From: Glaucostegus cemiculus
Lineage: Eukaryota
DNA length: 64,000 nt
Assembly (NCBI GenBank): GCA_976551045.1
Contig: CDPCPM010000256.1
Span: 3,782,001 to 3,846,000, forward strand
Direction of reading: 5' to 3'
In this document: positions 46,481-58,520 of the stretch, in pieces
Numbering within the stretch: the stretch's first letter is position 1
Layout: the number at the start of each line of letters is the position of its first letter
Position numbers and translations under genes: made by a program
The notes under the pieces: model-generated
Told to the model about the DNA's origin: nothing
Seen by the model: the letters and a program-made list of their open reading frames with translations, nothing else
Databases searched by the model: none

Positions 46481-49400
46481 TCCCAGCTCTTAATGTAGCT
46501 ATAATTACTGAATAAGTGTTCATTGAATGTACTGAAGAGAGTAAGGTCATGACTTGGACTCTGCATTAAAAATGGATGTGACAATTTTCAATCTGGTTCT
46601 GAAATTTTTATTGCTCCAATTTGTTTAGGCATATAAATGGACAGCCCGATTCTGGTGGAGGGGGCTGAGTATTGATTGTGTGTGAATGTTCTTGAGTACT
46701 TTAATTCAATCACATTTCAAAATCCATCCCTGTAACACTCAATTTGATACTTGGGATTTAGCAAATTTGTTAATGAGTAAGTTAGTGGAACTCTAGAACA
46801 TTCATGTTGCTCATTTGTGCATTAACTAAATCAGAAGTATGAATGCACCTGAAATATCAGCTTAAACTGTTGATAAAACATCCTTCAAATAGAAAGACTT
46901 TATCCCAGATTTGCTAGGAGCAACAAGAAGACAACAGAGGAAATGCAAGTAAGGATTCAACACCCAATCTTTTCTTCCTGCCTGTTTTAATCCTCCTGTT
47001 CCTATAGTTGAGTCTGTGGAACACCAGTACAACGGCTGGTCTGCTGAAATCATCAGGCATCTCTTCCAGCTAATGTCTTGGGTTAAATCATATTGTTCAT
47101 AATCTCATTCTAATTTTGCCCCAGTGGAGTTTGATAATCCATAATCCTCCCCATCTCAAAGAACTCCATCTCTGTGACATTGTCACCGTTCTGAAACTTT
47201 ACAACCTAAATGAAATATCATTCTGATTTCTCTGTAAACTTGCACTCATTCAAAACACCTTCAACTGTGCCAAGTCTTACTCATTGAATCCATCCTTGCT
47301 GTGATGTATGTTGACTGCCATACCTTCCAACACATTTTTCATGTACAAATCCCCTTATAATATTAACACTGCTTACTTTAAACCCCTTGTTCCTCTCTGG
47401 CCTTTTGTATAATGCTCCCTACCATAAGGCTGGGTTCATCTGTTTTAAGCTCCACTTTCTGGAGTTATTTCCCTAAATCCGTTTGTATTTTCATCACCAC
47501 TCCACCTTTAAGACTTAAAATCCACTTCTCCAGCCATGCATTTGACCACCCTCTGTTGGCACAGTGATCGTTCTTGTCTGGTTATGTCATGGGATATTTT
47601 TCTACATTACAAGTATGGTTTCTTACAGCACCTGTAACTCTTGTCAAAGAAAGATCCAGGTAGCTCAACTCATTTCCCCGTAGCCTTGCGTGCTATTGTG
47701 AAATACCAATAACTTCTACTATGTGTTCTAGATTGAGATAATTGCTGTCTTTCAGGATCATGGGAATAGTACCTCAAAGTATCTATTCTGGTATATTTAA
47801 AATCTCTATATAATGCACATGATATGTCAATTAGATTCGCGGGTATAATAGATTCTTTAAAATCATTTCCCAAAGAAATGGTATTAACTGGTGGCGTAAT
47901 GTTTAAGTCCTGCATTCCTAAGAGCCGCCTTAGATTAACTTGCATATGCTTGTAGCCAAGTGAGCCAAAATGATCCAATATGTGTAAACTAGGCTCAGTT
48001 TAGTCACCATCAAAACAGTGCAAATGTCTGAAAGGTCAGTGTCTGCACTTCCTCTCGAATATTATTCTTCCTTTGATTTTGAAAAAAGAAACAGCATTAA
48101 TTGTAGGAAATACTTGTCTATCAAAATTGATGTCAACTCATGGATATATTTTAACATCCACATATGCAAGACATCTGTAGGAGAAAGAGGAAGAAGCATA
48201 AATCTAATGAAATAAATTAGATAACTGCTACAGTATGAGTGCAGGATTGGAATTAAATGCTAACTAAAATCCAATGGGCAGTTCCATGTATCTTTGGTTT
48301 TAAAGGTGCTGCTATCAGTCTGAGTTGTCCCATAGTGAATAGGGATTTTAGTTACTTGAGCTCAGTGATTGCTTCTGTACATACTGAATTTTGCCATATT
48401 TACAGTGCATTTTGTGGTTAACAGTAGGAGGGTGAAAGTCATTGCAAATCTGGATTGGTCTAACTTTCACCCTCCCTGACCGCAGGTCCTCCTGGGTTAG
48501 AAATGCTCGACTTCTCGGCATACACACGAGCATTTGGGAGCCCAGCAGGATGGATGGAGATTGACTTGCTGACTGCTGTGGAGCTGCAGGCATCATCTGC
48601 TGGGTGGGAATGGGGCATTCCCCCAGAAGCCCCCACTGAGCTACAACAATCAGGGGCTGGGTTGAACCAAGTAGACCTGGGAGTGCTGAGCAGACTTGCT
48701 CACTCAGAGTCAGCGAGGCTGGCTGGCAGCCACTCTTTGCATGTCTGTTTCCTCTCCCATCACAGCTGTTTCTACGGTCCTCTACCACACACTATTTTGT
48801 TCATTTACAACTTGTGGGCAGTTCTGGTTGTGGGTAGTTCTGGGGAAGAAAACCCTGTCATAACCTGGAACTTCCTGGATGTTACTGCTTGGATATAATT
48901 TTGCTTGGCTCCAGTCTTTAGTAAATGATTAAGGTTTTTTTCCCCAAAAGTACTCACCCTCAACTTTTTCTCTCTAGCTCTGACAGGGACCTTATTTGTT
49001 TGGGAATCCTGTGCATAGATTAGCACTGGCAAAATAGTTCTTCTGGCTTTTGAAGGAAATGGGTGAGGACAGTCATCCTGTTTTCAGCATTGCTGCTACT
49101 CGTAAGGTTCACCTTTGTCTTAGACATCAAGAAAACCATTCAAGTTACATGATATCTTCCACAGGCCATTTTTAAGAATACCGTGTGCTGGATGTGTTTA
49201 GTGTGATCATAGTCGTTTTGACAACTGTTTGTTCGACACATATTAAACCAAGATGAACCCAAATGAGAGCACAGCAGGCTGTTTCTCTTTTTCTGGTCTT
49301 TGTTTCAGTAAATTGTACAAGAATATAACTGCAATACATGTTCTTTGCAGATCAAGCATAAGGTTGGGTTTTACAATTTATTTGCAACAATATTACAATC

Positions 49401-51451
49401 CCTTTAACTAGGGATTTGACCCAGGGAAAAGTTTTAAATTAATATCACTATATGTTTACTTTAGCCACCAGTAAGTGGCAGTAATATTGTTTCAACATTG
49501 TAAATGCTTTTGGTTTAAGACTAACTTCAGAGACTCATACAGAATCAGCCAGCACTTGAGTACTTGTCGCAGGTAAATTGTTGTCGTTGCTTTAAGAGAA
49601 TTTTAGACTGAGAGCTCCACTGGGGTGGATCTAACACATCCCGCCTACTATTTTGAAGAAGCACGGAGATGTGCAAATTAGCTGCCAAATTTTCTTGCCC
49701 TGCAGCCACTTAATGTAATTCAATATGAATTACTATAGGATGTCATGAGTTTGTGAGAAGAGATTTTTGACTTATCCAGTAGTGTCTAGAATAAACTAAA
49801 TATTTTAAATAACATTTACACTGTTAGTTAAATTGGTTGGCAAAGGAAGAATCTATTTATTCCTGTGGAGCAGTGGAGTATCTGTTATTTCTCATCTCCC
49901 ATGTCGTGGTAGACCATAGTTTGTTTCCTGCAGGATATTGGGAAAGGGTTTTGGAAGCAGTACTCCTGAGGGTATTTTGTATCACTGAGGAAAGCACTTA
50001 TTTGTCATGTAGCTCTGATTCTGCTGTGTAAGGAGGGCATTTGGTCATTGGTGTGTGTCTGCACCCAAACTGTGATTCTCTGCCTTTTGGGACCCTACAG
50101 AGATCCTATATGTAGAACATCCTGCAGGATGGGTGCTGGTGTTTTTTGTTCCTGCTGGGGCATGCCTTCACAAAATCGTGCAGTTCCCAGTGGCATGTTA
50201 ACACATTGTGGGAGTTCCTTCTCTGTTAACACCATCCATTCAGTCTGGTACATGGTTGCCTCCAGCCAGAGTTCTCCCCGCTAGCAGAATAGGGGGGACC
50301 TTTGGTTGTCAGAATGGCAGCCAACCTGGTATAGGAATGAGCTGGATGACTCAAAGGCTCACAGCAAAGCTTTCAGAGAACTGAGGGTGTCAAGGAGGCT
50401 CCATTTGTCGACTGGACTGACCCTGCTTAGCTAGAATTCCTTATTGAACCCAGGCTCCAAATTCATCTGTGGGAGATGGTGCCACCCAACTTAGACTGTT
50501 CCTTGGGAATCCCCTCGATGCCATTCCACACTGTGGATGAACTTCCGACATGAGCTGTGCATGTACACTCTGCATCTCCGCTGTTCAGGAACGCCATGGC
50601 AATTCATTTTGACATCTAGTGACGGGTATTCCCCAGTGGGGGGGCTTTCCATGCAGAAGACCAGTTTTGCATTGGGAACTGAGTGGAGAGTGATGCATAA
50701 AACAGTGCTGTGCACTGGTCGTGACTTGAGTGACTGCTGTCCCTCTGAAGGTGAAGGGACTGTTCCAAGTTTTTGGTTGAAGTGCCTTGTTTCTGAGCTT
50801 TAGGAATCTGTTAGAGGTAGAGCAAGCTGGTAAGGAACCTTGACATAGGCCTTCACTGCTTCAGGCAGTAGGCCATCGGGGAGTCCACTGCCTGCCTCCC
50901 ACCTTCCAAAAATACAGTGGGTGCTCCTGGACAGAATGCAATTTGCTGCAAGCTTGGGGCCTTCTGTGTCTGATGGGCCCCACAAGCTGGAGAGCACCCT
51001 AGATGCTGAGCACATTTATACTTTTGCAGTTTTAAACATTTGTTTATGAAATAAAGTTACTTTGAAAATAAGAACATAGACAAAGTGAAGGCCTAGCTGT
51101 AATTATCAGTTGTCATCAATGGAGAATGGTAGTCATTATAGAATGAGAAATCAAAGACTGGTTACCAAAAAAAAAGACAAACAGCTCAATAGGGCAATTG
51201 GCACAGAAAGTTGCAGCGTGCTAATTAGCGACAGCTTCTCTCCTCCTTCACTGGGTTATTTCTCACAGCACCTTTGCCCTCCTTTCTCCCCAATAACCCT
51301 CCCCCTCTCATTTCTATTCCACACTCTAATTAGGAGAAATATGATCTTTGCTTCATTGCTTCACTTCATTGTAAATTTTTTCCACTTAAATTTCAACATG
51401 TTAGTACCTCGATTGTGTGTAATCGTGCTGCTGTATTTTGCTTTTTATCAG

Positions 51452-51591
51452 CTCAGGCTACAGGAACTGCTCCAGGGACTCCACAGCAGAGTTCACAACC
51501 AGATTATAGTGCAGCCTGGGCAGAGTATTACCGACAGCAAGCGGCGTACTATGGACAGGCCACACAACAAGGGCAGGCCCCTGGTCATCAG
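51452..51591 (+). CDS. FUBP3: FUBP3 exon 18 (140 nt): [47 protein letters not shown]
   Basis: gctttttatcag acceptor; cag|gtatgc donor; phase 1 to 0; [13 protein letters not shown] motif. Confidence 0.96.
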
Positions 51592-52890
51592 GTATGCATT
51601 GGTGTTGATTGCTGTAGCGCTTAACAGAAATGTTCCCGCTGCAGCCTGCTCTGCTCGAGTACTGCCAGCTGCCGCTTGCCCCCTTCAGTCCTTAATCCTG
51701 GCTGGGTCACCAAAAGGTGGTCCAAAGTGCACTTCTTGCCTGGGGGAAGGGTCAGTCTGAGGCAACTGTTCATCTGAGGAAACTCTTCGGTACCTTGAGC
51801 ACTGAGCATCATTTTAAGACGGAGATGGCTTTCCATATTCCTGCCTTGGTTGTTTATGGAGATGTTAAATTGGAGACACCAGTTTAATTTTTGTGTATGT
51901 AGTAGTTTTATTTTGCCCAAGTAAAAATATTTTTGGAAAGCTTTGAATTTAAACCTACGGCTGATCGTTGTCTGGTGAGGCATACACACACAGACCTGGG
52001 CCCCTAGAATTTTCTCCTAAAGCTATTTGCTTCTCGATCTCGGTCTTCCCTGTGATGCCGTTAAAGCCCATCTCTATGATTGAGATTTCTATCATATGTT
52101 TGGCTTAATGTCATTGTGTGGATTACACTCAGTGTTTAATATGTTAAAGATTATGCATTATAGGAATAGGCCATTCAGTCCATTTGGTGTTTTCCTCCAC
52201 TCGCTCTACTTCTAATTAGATAAGCATTACAGATCTATTCCATTTCCCTCATCCAGCTTCCCTTTAAATGTTTATTATGTCTTAGCCATTCTCTAGTAAT
52301 GAATTTTCACCTGAAATCCTTGTTGATTTATCATTAACTGCAGAGTCACTAGAGTTAAATCTGAATGCAAGGGATGATAAACTTTACATCTGCCCTGTCA
52401 AGAGCCCTTTGAAGTCACATTTGCTCGTCTGTATAGTGAGGAATACAGCAAAGAAAGGAAAAGTACTGATCACTTTTTTAATAAATGCATTGTTCTATTT
52501 GCTTCGTGAGTAGAACAGAATAGACAGCTTCCCGAGCTTTGTGAATCTGGCCCATCTCGGCCTTGGTGGCTGTGAACACTGAAGTCTCAACTTCAGTACA
52601 ATAGAAGCAGCCTGCTCCTGAACAGTGTTTTGTACTAGGAGATGTGTGTTTTCTATGTGGAGCTTGGATTAGAATAGGTGGTGACGTCTCGTACTTTTAT
52701 GGGTACTCTCATTCAAGACTCCCCAGAAAGAGCAAGTATTTGGGTAAGAGAGTGAAGACCATTTCACAACAAAAGAGCCATAGTCGAGTAATAGTGAATG
52801 CCCTGGAAAAGCTTTTGATGTCTTTGCAATACTCTTTACCCACTGCCCTAGGCAATCATAATATTAACATTCATTGCCTTTCTGTTGCAG

Positions 52891-52899
52891 GATCAATAA
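52891..52899 (+). CDS. FUBP3: FUBP3 exon 19 coding part: DQ-stop
   Basis: cctttctgttgcag acceptor, then gat caa taa; matches the two-residue xQ* ending of the family. Confidence 0.9.
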   Translation, partial: DQ

Positions 52900-54011
52900 T
52901 TTGACGTCCTTGTGAAGAGATTTGAATCATTATGGATGTGGAGCCTTTTTTAATAAAGGGTTAAAGATTTATGACGCCTTGAAGAAGAAAATCTTATACT
53001 TTTGTTTCTGAACACTAGAGAAAAATACTTATTACGATAACTTTCTAGATTTACCATTAATGGAGTAATAGTGAAATCGAGGGGTGCAGATGTTATGGAT
53101 TGAACACGCGGGGACCCTTAAACCCATACCATGGTTTGGACAGGCTAAAATGCAAATGGTCGTTAGTTCTGTTTTTTAAATTTTTTTTTTAAATTACTCC
53201 CCTACATTAGCTGCACTACAAGATAAGTTTTTAAAGTATAAATGTAGTGTGGATGCGGGGACTCAAAGGTGGTGCATTGTTGAAATATATACATCCCTGT
53301 GATAGATGGGTAGGAATACTGGTGCTGGTACTGCATTTCCTGATACTCACTGACGGCAAAGCAATGAGTCACAGGTTATCGGTCTAGAGTTTTGTACAGT
53401 ATTGACCGAATGGTACTAACGACCACAGTATATATATAATATATATTATATATATATTTATAATATGTCTCACTTTTGTGAAACTATGCCTCCATCCCTA
53501 TGTGACTGGGCACTAAATACAAAACTGTGTTGGACTGGTAAATTTTTGTACCGGTCCATTAATTCTATTGTGTGGGGGCGGAGGAGAAACGAAGAAAAAG
53601 GAAGTTAGCACAACAGAGACTTCTTTTTATAAGGAGTTGAAATGAGAACTGTGAATAATAATTTAATGCTTTTTCCAAAATACATGTTTTACGTAGGTGA
53701 CTGTTGGCAAAGATGAGATTTAAAAAAATGTTATATAAAAAAAATTTAAAAAAAAAACAAATTTAGGCACATTTTGTAATTGATAAATGAAACTGAACAG
53801 CAGCAGGATGCACATCTGTCCGTGGATGTAATGGAAGAACACTGCCACTCACATTTTAGCCTGCCTTCCACCCCGTTTTTTTTCCCCACTTGAAAAGAAC
53901 ATCCTGGCCTGAAAGGGGCCCCCCTAATGAGTTAAAGACTTGATCATATACTTTGATTTGTGCTGCAATTAGATTGCACCTGTCTGTATAATTGCCTGAA
54001 AAGAAAAGATA

Positions 54012-54052
54012 AATAAATGAAACTACAGGTTTTATTTTTTAGTATGAATAAA
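54012..54052 (+). terminator. Proximal polyadenylation signals (AATAAA at 54012 and 54047)
   Basis: Two hexamers followed by GU-rich ggttggttgtgtttgg. Confidence 0.55.
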
Positions 54053-54516
54053 AACCAAAAATGGTTGGTTGTGTTTGGTATACACCTCTCAAATATGGAC
54101 TCGACAAAGTCTCCACGAGCCATGCTAATGACTATTTTTTAATTCGTATTCTTAAGTGGTGTGATCTAATATGTATGATTATGTTTAGCAAGTGAATGAA
54201 TCCTAGTATTAATTACGTATGTGAAACAAATTACATTGATTTAAGAAAAGGGATGGTTATTAAGTTGAAGCTGTTTAACTTGTAGTATTTGCCTTTGTAC
54301 AGTTAACAGTGTAGATAACCAGGAACTTCAGTTCTGTTTTTAATGACCTGAAGTTTACTGGACATTCCGTTTAAATTGTACTGATTTTTTTCTATTAATG
54401 CTCGAGATATCTAACTTTGGGAAGTGCGACTGGTTTAAAAAAAAGAACAGCTCTGTGCAGCATGTTAAAGAGATGTATCCCTTTTATTTTACTGACACTT
54501 GCATTTTACACTCTAT

Positions 54517-54522
54517 AATAAA
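54517..54522 (+). terminator. Distal polyadenylation signal AATAAA
   Basis: AATAAA, then ...ccacaaca and tttctttgtgg...tttttggttttg downstream. Confidence 0.7.
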
Positions 54523-57500
54523 ATGTCCACAACATTTCTTTGTGGGAAATTTGGCCTGACTTTTGGTTTTGCTTAATTTTCTGGTGGATGCCAAAAATGC
54601 CCCATGTTAAATAACATTATCTCTCTCTCTCTGCAGAAATCTATCAAATGTCATGTTGGAGAGCCCTCGGAGAAGGGGTGTTTAAAAACTTGAATGTTCT
54701 TAACTAATGTTCTTCCAGAAAGATGTGTAGTGTGACCTTTTGACTTGGACCCAGTTGAGTTACCTTGCTCTTTATGCTCACTGATGCAAGTCAATAAGTG
54801 CACGATTACAGTTTCCAAGTTGTGGGAAGGGTAAGTATGGAGCTGAGGGGGAGGGACCTGGTCGGGCAGGAAACTGTATGAATAGGCAGAGGACGGGCAG
54901 GGAGTGAGTGGACTATATTTGGAGTTCAGGAGAAATATGCACGAGTAATAGCACAGCCAAACAATGTTTACCCCCAATGGTATAGTATTGGGCAGTAGAC
55001 TTGCTCCAAAAGATGGCAATGTAAATACTTGGTTGATGAAGAAACTGGATATTGAGGATTAATTAACTGGAAATTAACAAAAAACAATCATCAGAATGAC
55101 TGTCTTGGTTATTTAAACAGCAGTTGGTAGTGAGTAATCTCTTTTGTGAATATGGTACTTAAGATATTCCTTAAATCTGATTCTCATCATTTGTGGATCT
55201 CAAATCTTTGAAACTTGAATTCTCACTTTCCCACATTGAACTATTTTCCTCTCTGAGGGCAGCCGTTTCCGTGGCCTTATTTCCTTACTGTGAAAGCACT
55301 GGTTTAACGTGAGGAGGATCATAACTGTGGTGCTCCATTTGAAATATTTCAGCCTATCAGAGTCTGGTGTCCAAGTCCGAAAAATTGAATTTGCTCATCC
55401 AGCTTATTTCTTAGATAGGGCGCAAGGTGGAGAGGAAATTCTGAGACTTCACTGTTATTCCAGCACAATCTTCCCAATTCTGATTGCAACTGCACCATTT
55501 TCTGGACGTCTGATGGACTTAATTATTGCAGAAACCCACGCTCACAAAGTGCAATTTTGTTAGTAATTAGGAAAGGAATATTTGCATTTATATGTTTGTG
55601 AAAGTGTGGCAGCTGGCATTTCCATGGTGAGTTTGTGCCCAGGAATCTGGGAATGACCTCTCCTGATGCTGTGTGAGGGATGATGTGGGGATAACTCTTT
55701 GATATAATTGGATGAGGTAGAACACCATTTAAATGCAAGTTGTAAGAAGCTTGTGTAAGTGGATGTGTACAATATTACTGGAGAGTAAGGAGCCTGGTCT
55801 ACTGAGTTTGTCTCCATTCCAGGAGATAACTCAAGTGACAGTGATGGGAGCTAGGATGTTTTTAGAAATGTATAAACTGCACAATAGCTCAGTAGTTGAA
55901 ACAATCACCCATGTGCTGAACCAAGCAGGACAGAAAAGACAAACCTGCTCACCTTCAAAGCAGGCAGGATAGTCTAAGGGGAAAAGTTGAAATGAGCTGG
56001 CCTGAACATTTTTAATTACTGTCAGTCACCTGCCTTGAATCCTGTTTATGATGGGGGATTGAGACGGTAGTAAAATAGTCTGTGCTGTCCCCCAACCCCT
56101 GGTAAATACCCTGCCAACAGACTGGTTCTTCAGGAAGGTCCAGGGAACCTTTAGAACCATTTGAGTGAGTTCAGGGAAGAAGGGGAGCTATTGGATTACT
56201 GTATTTTTTCTATCATTAGTAGATAATAAATCAGTAACTCCTCCAGAAACAGCACTCCTTTAAACTGTAAGAGGCTTGGATGACTTGCACAGCTTAGTTA
56301 TTTCCCTTAGTGGGAGGCGTGGGATGTTGTGGAATTCTTCACTGGAGCTGGATGTTTGTTTGAATTTTAAGACAATTTTAGGTGTCCACTTGCAGGATTG
56401 ATCAACTCTCCAATGAAATTAAATGAAGCACTGAGGTATTTTCCATTTGGATTTTGCCAGTTGTTTTGTGTGGAGAAGAAAAATCTGGGTAGCTTTGTGG
56501 AGTAACTGACATTGTACCATTGATATCCTTGAAATAAACAGCAGTACTTAATAAACTACTTGTAATTTCTTCCTTGAAGCCTAGGCAATGAGTGTAATAA
56601 TTCTACTGACTGGTGATCCGATTATCCAGGGGGGACTCTTATGGGAAGGAAATCCCATTGTAACATGAAAGAGATGCTTATCTCTTTTTGATTGGATGTG
56701 TCTTAAGACATGGTTAGTGGCTGGGTGCAGGTGGCAGGCAGCCTGTGTTTCCTTTTCTCTGTGCTGTCAGCCAGGGTCACCATCCTGGCGCCTCCAACCT
56801 GTGCTTACCGCAGGATTACTTGTATCCATTCAATTACTGAAGATCAGCTGGTTGAGGTGATATTGCACCAGTTTGGGGGCTGTCTGCAGTGCTGTCTTAC
56901 TCATATGGTCAGGCATTGAGGGGATTTTCTCAGCATGTTTTCAATAAAGCCAAAAGCAATTTTATAACTCTCCTTGCAACCCCCTACCTCGCCTCTAACC
57001 TCTTCCCTCCCCCATCTTTTTCAGTGTACGCCCTCTCCAGGTTATGCTCTGTTATCGGTCTTGTACTCGGTTACACTGATAATTTATATGTGAGCCTCAA
57101 CAATATGGCACATCTCGGTGAAGACCATCAGAAGCAGAAGCCCATGTAGAATCTACCTCTGGTCAGTGTAAGGCAATTTTACCCCTACCCACTGACATCA
57201 AATAGCTCAGCACTTGTGCTCTGACCAGTTGCTGAAATGGTCTTTAAACTGCCAGCGCTGTTTACATCACCAGGAGGACTGAGTCCGATTGCATTCAGAG
57301 TTGGTGCTGAATCCTGGCCCTGTTTGAGGTACCTGACGGTGACTGCATTTCAAAACAAATAATGCTTCATTTTCAGTAAAGCTGGAGATGAGCGATGTTA
57401 TAAAAAAAAAGTAAGATCTTTTTATGGTCAAATTTTTAACTTTTTTCATTCGACTTTTCACTCAGTTTTTAAGACTTGTCTCTGTTTGCTGACAGTACTT

Positions 57501-58184
57501 TGTTAAAATTCTCACCCTTTTCTAAATTCTCCATCACCTCAACCCTCTCTAATTCTTTATTCTTCTCTTGCCCCAGAACCTTTTGAAGGTCCTAGCATTC
57601 CTCCAGATCTGGCCTCTGTCCCTGGATTTAATTGCCCCATCACTGACAGCCGTTACCTCAGCTGCTAAATGATCAGTTTCCTTCCCAAAATCATACCTCC
57701 ATTCCCCTTAAGATGGTCCATGAAATCTACCTCTCTTACCAAACTTTGTCAACTCCCCTAATACCTGATTCTGTACTTTGGTGTCAGTTTTTTTCTCTTC
57801 CTGTGAAGTGCATTAGAACATATTGCTTTAAGTTCTGAAATAAATACAAGTTGTGGTTCTTGAGTAGCTCTTCGGCCTCTCGTCACTTTCATTTGCCTTA
57901 TCTAAGTGGCCATACTTCAAGTATTGTTAGGCAGTGAGGTGGAGCACTGCCTGAGTTCCCTTGCACTTTATCAGCTGAAGTCTAATCCTGAAATGATGTT
58001 GAATAAACCTAGAAGTTCCTGGCCTTGCAACTTAGTACAACCAGAAAATAGACTATTGAAGAGGCCACTTAAATTCCTGTTAAGATAGGTCATAGGTTTG
58101 GATTTCACCTTTAATTTTCAAGCCATGCCTGTGGGAGTCCTTGAACACATGATTATAAATGCCACTTTTTACTTCATGAAGTTA

Positions 58185-58520
58185 AGAACTTGCATTTACA
58201 TCACTCGTTCAATGACCTCAGGTCAGATCAATGTTTTATGGATAATTAATTATCGTTTTGAAGGGTAGTCTCAATTATGGAGGAAATAGCAGCCAATTTA
58301 CACAGCAAGATTCCATAAACAATATTCTGTTAATGACCAGTTCCAGTGTGGATGGTTGTGATAAATATTGACTGAGCATCAGGGAGGGATTCTTCCCCTT
58401 TGAAATACTGCCCTGGAATCTGTTAGATTTATCTGACACTAGTTTGATTTAACATTTTTTTTATCCAAAAGAGGGACAATTCCATTAAACACATAGGCTT
58501 GCTATTGGCATTGGACTATG
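58185..58520 (-). mobile_element. Old Deu-domain SINE (SacSINE1/AmnSINE1-like)
   Basis: acttgcatttac...atgacctcagg...gcagccaatttacacagcaagattccataaac...aatgaccag...aaatattg is the reverse complement of the Deu domain and tail. Confidence 0.6.

Larger units (their letters stand above)
3045..54540 (+). other. FUBP3: FUBP3 gene body (exons 2-19 plus 3'UTR; exon 1 upstream of window)
   Basis: 18 GT-AG exons splice with consistent phases into 560 aa + stop. Four KH GXXG loops (GRGG, GKGG, GRNG, GRGG), an RG-rich linker and AWxxYY motifs. Segments IAAKID..HLNNSTP, VPDKMVGF and DRCRNGPGFHNDID match FUBP3 rather than FUBP1/KHSRP as I recall them. Confidence 0.95.
52900..54540 (+). other. FUBP3: FUBP3 3'UTR (~1.6 kb, AU-rich, no recognisable interspersed repeat)
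   Basis: Follows the stop; U/A tracts; ends after AATAAA 54517-54522, followed by CA and a U/GU-rich downstream element. Confidence 0.75.

Noticed and set aside
37278-51451. A KHSRP-type fourth tyrosine-motif exon in the long intron 17
   Set aside because: I found no AWEEYYK-like exon with proper splice sites by eye; tBLASTn would be needed to exclude it fully
51110-51760. 216-aa ORF overlapping exon 18 in another frame
   Set aside because: Non-ATG start, no recognisable domain, and no acceptor found that joins exon 17 to this frame; probably chance
3045-52899. Assignment as FUBP1 or KHSRP
   Set aside because: N-terminal IAAKID..HLNNSTP, VPDKMVGF, DRCRNGPGFHNDID and QGWGSTYQ match FUBP3; only exon 16 is FUBP1-like
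53429-53456. 28-bp perfect palindrome as a stand-alone element
   Set aside because: Low-complexity (TA)n sequence forms palindromes trivially
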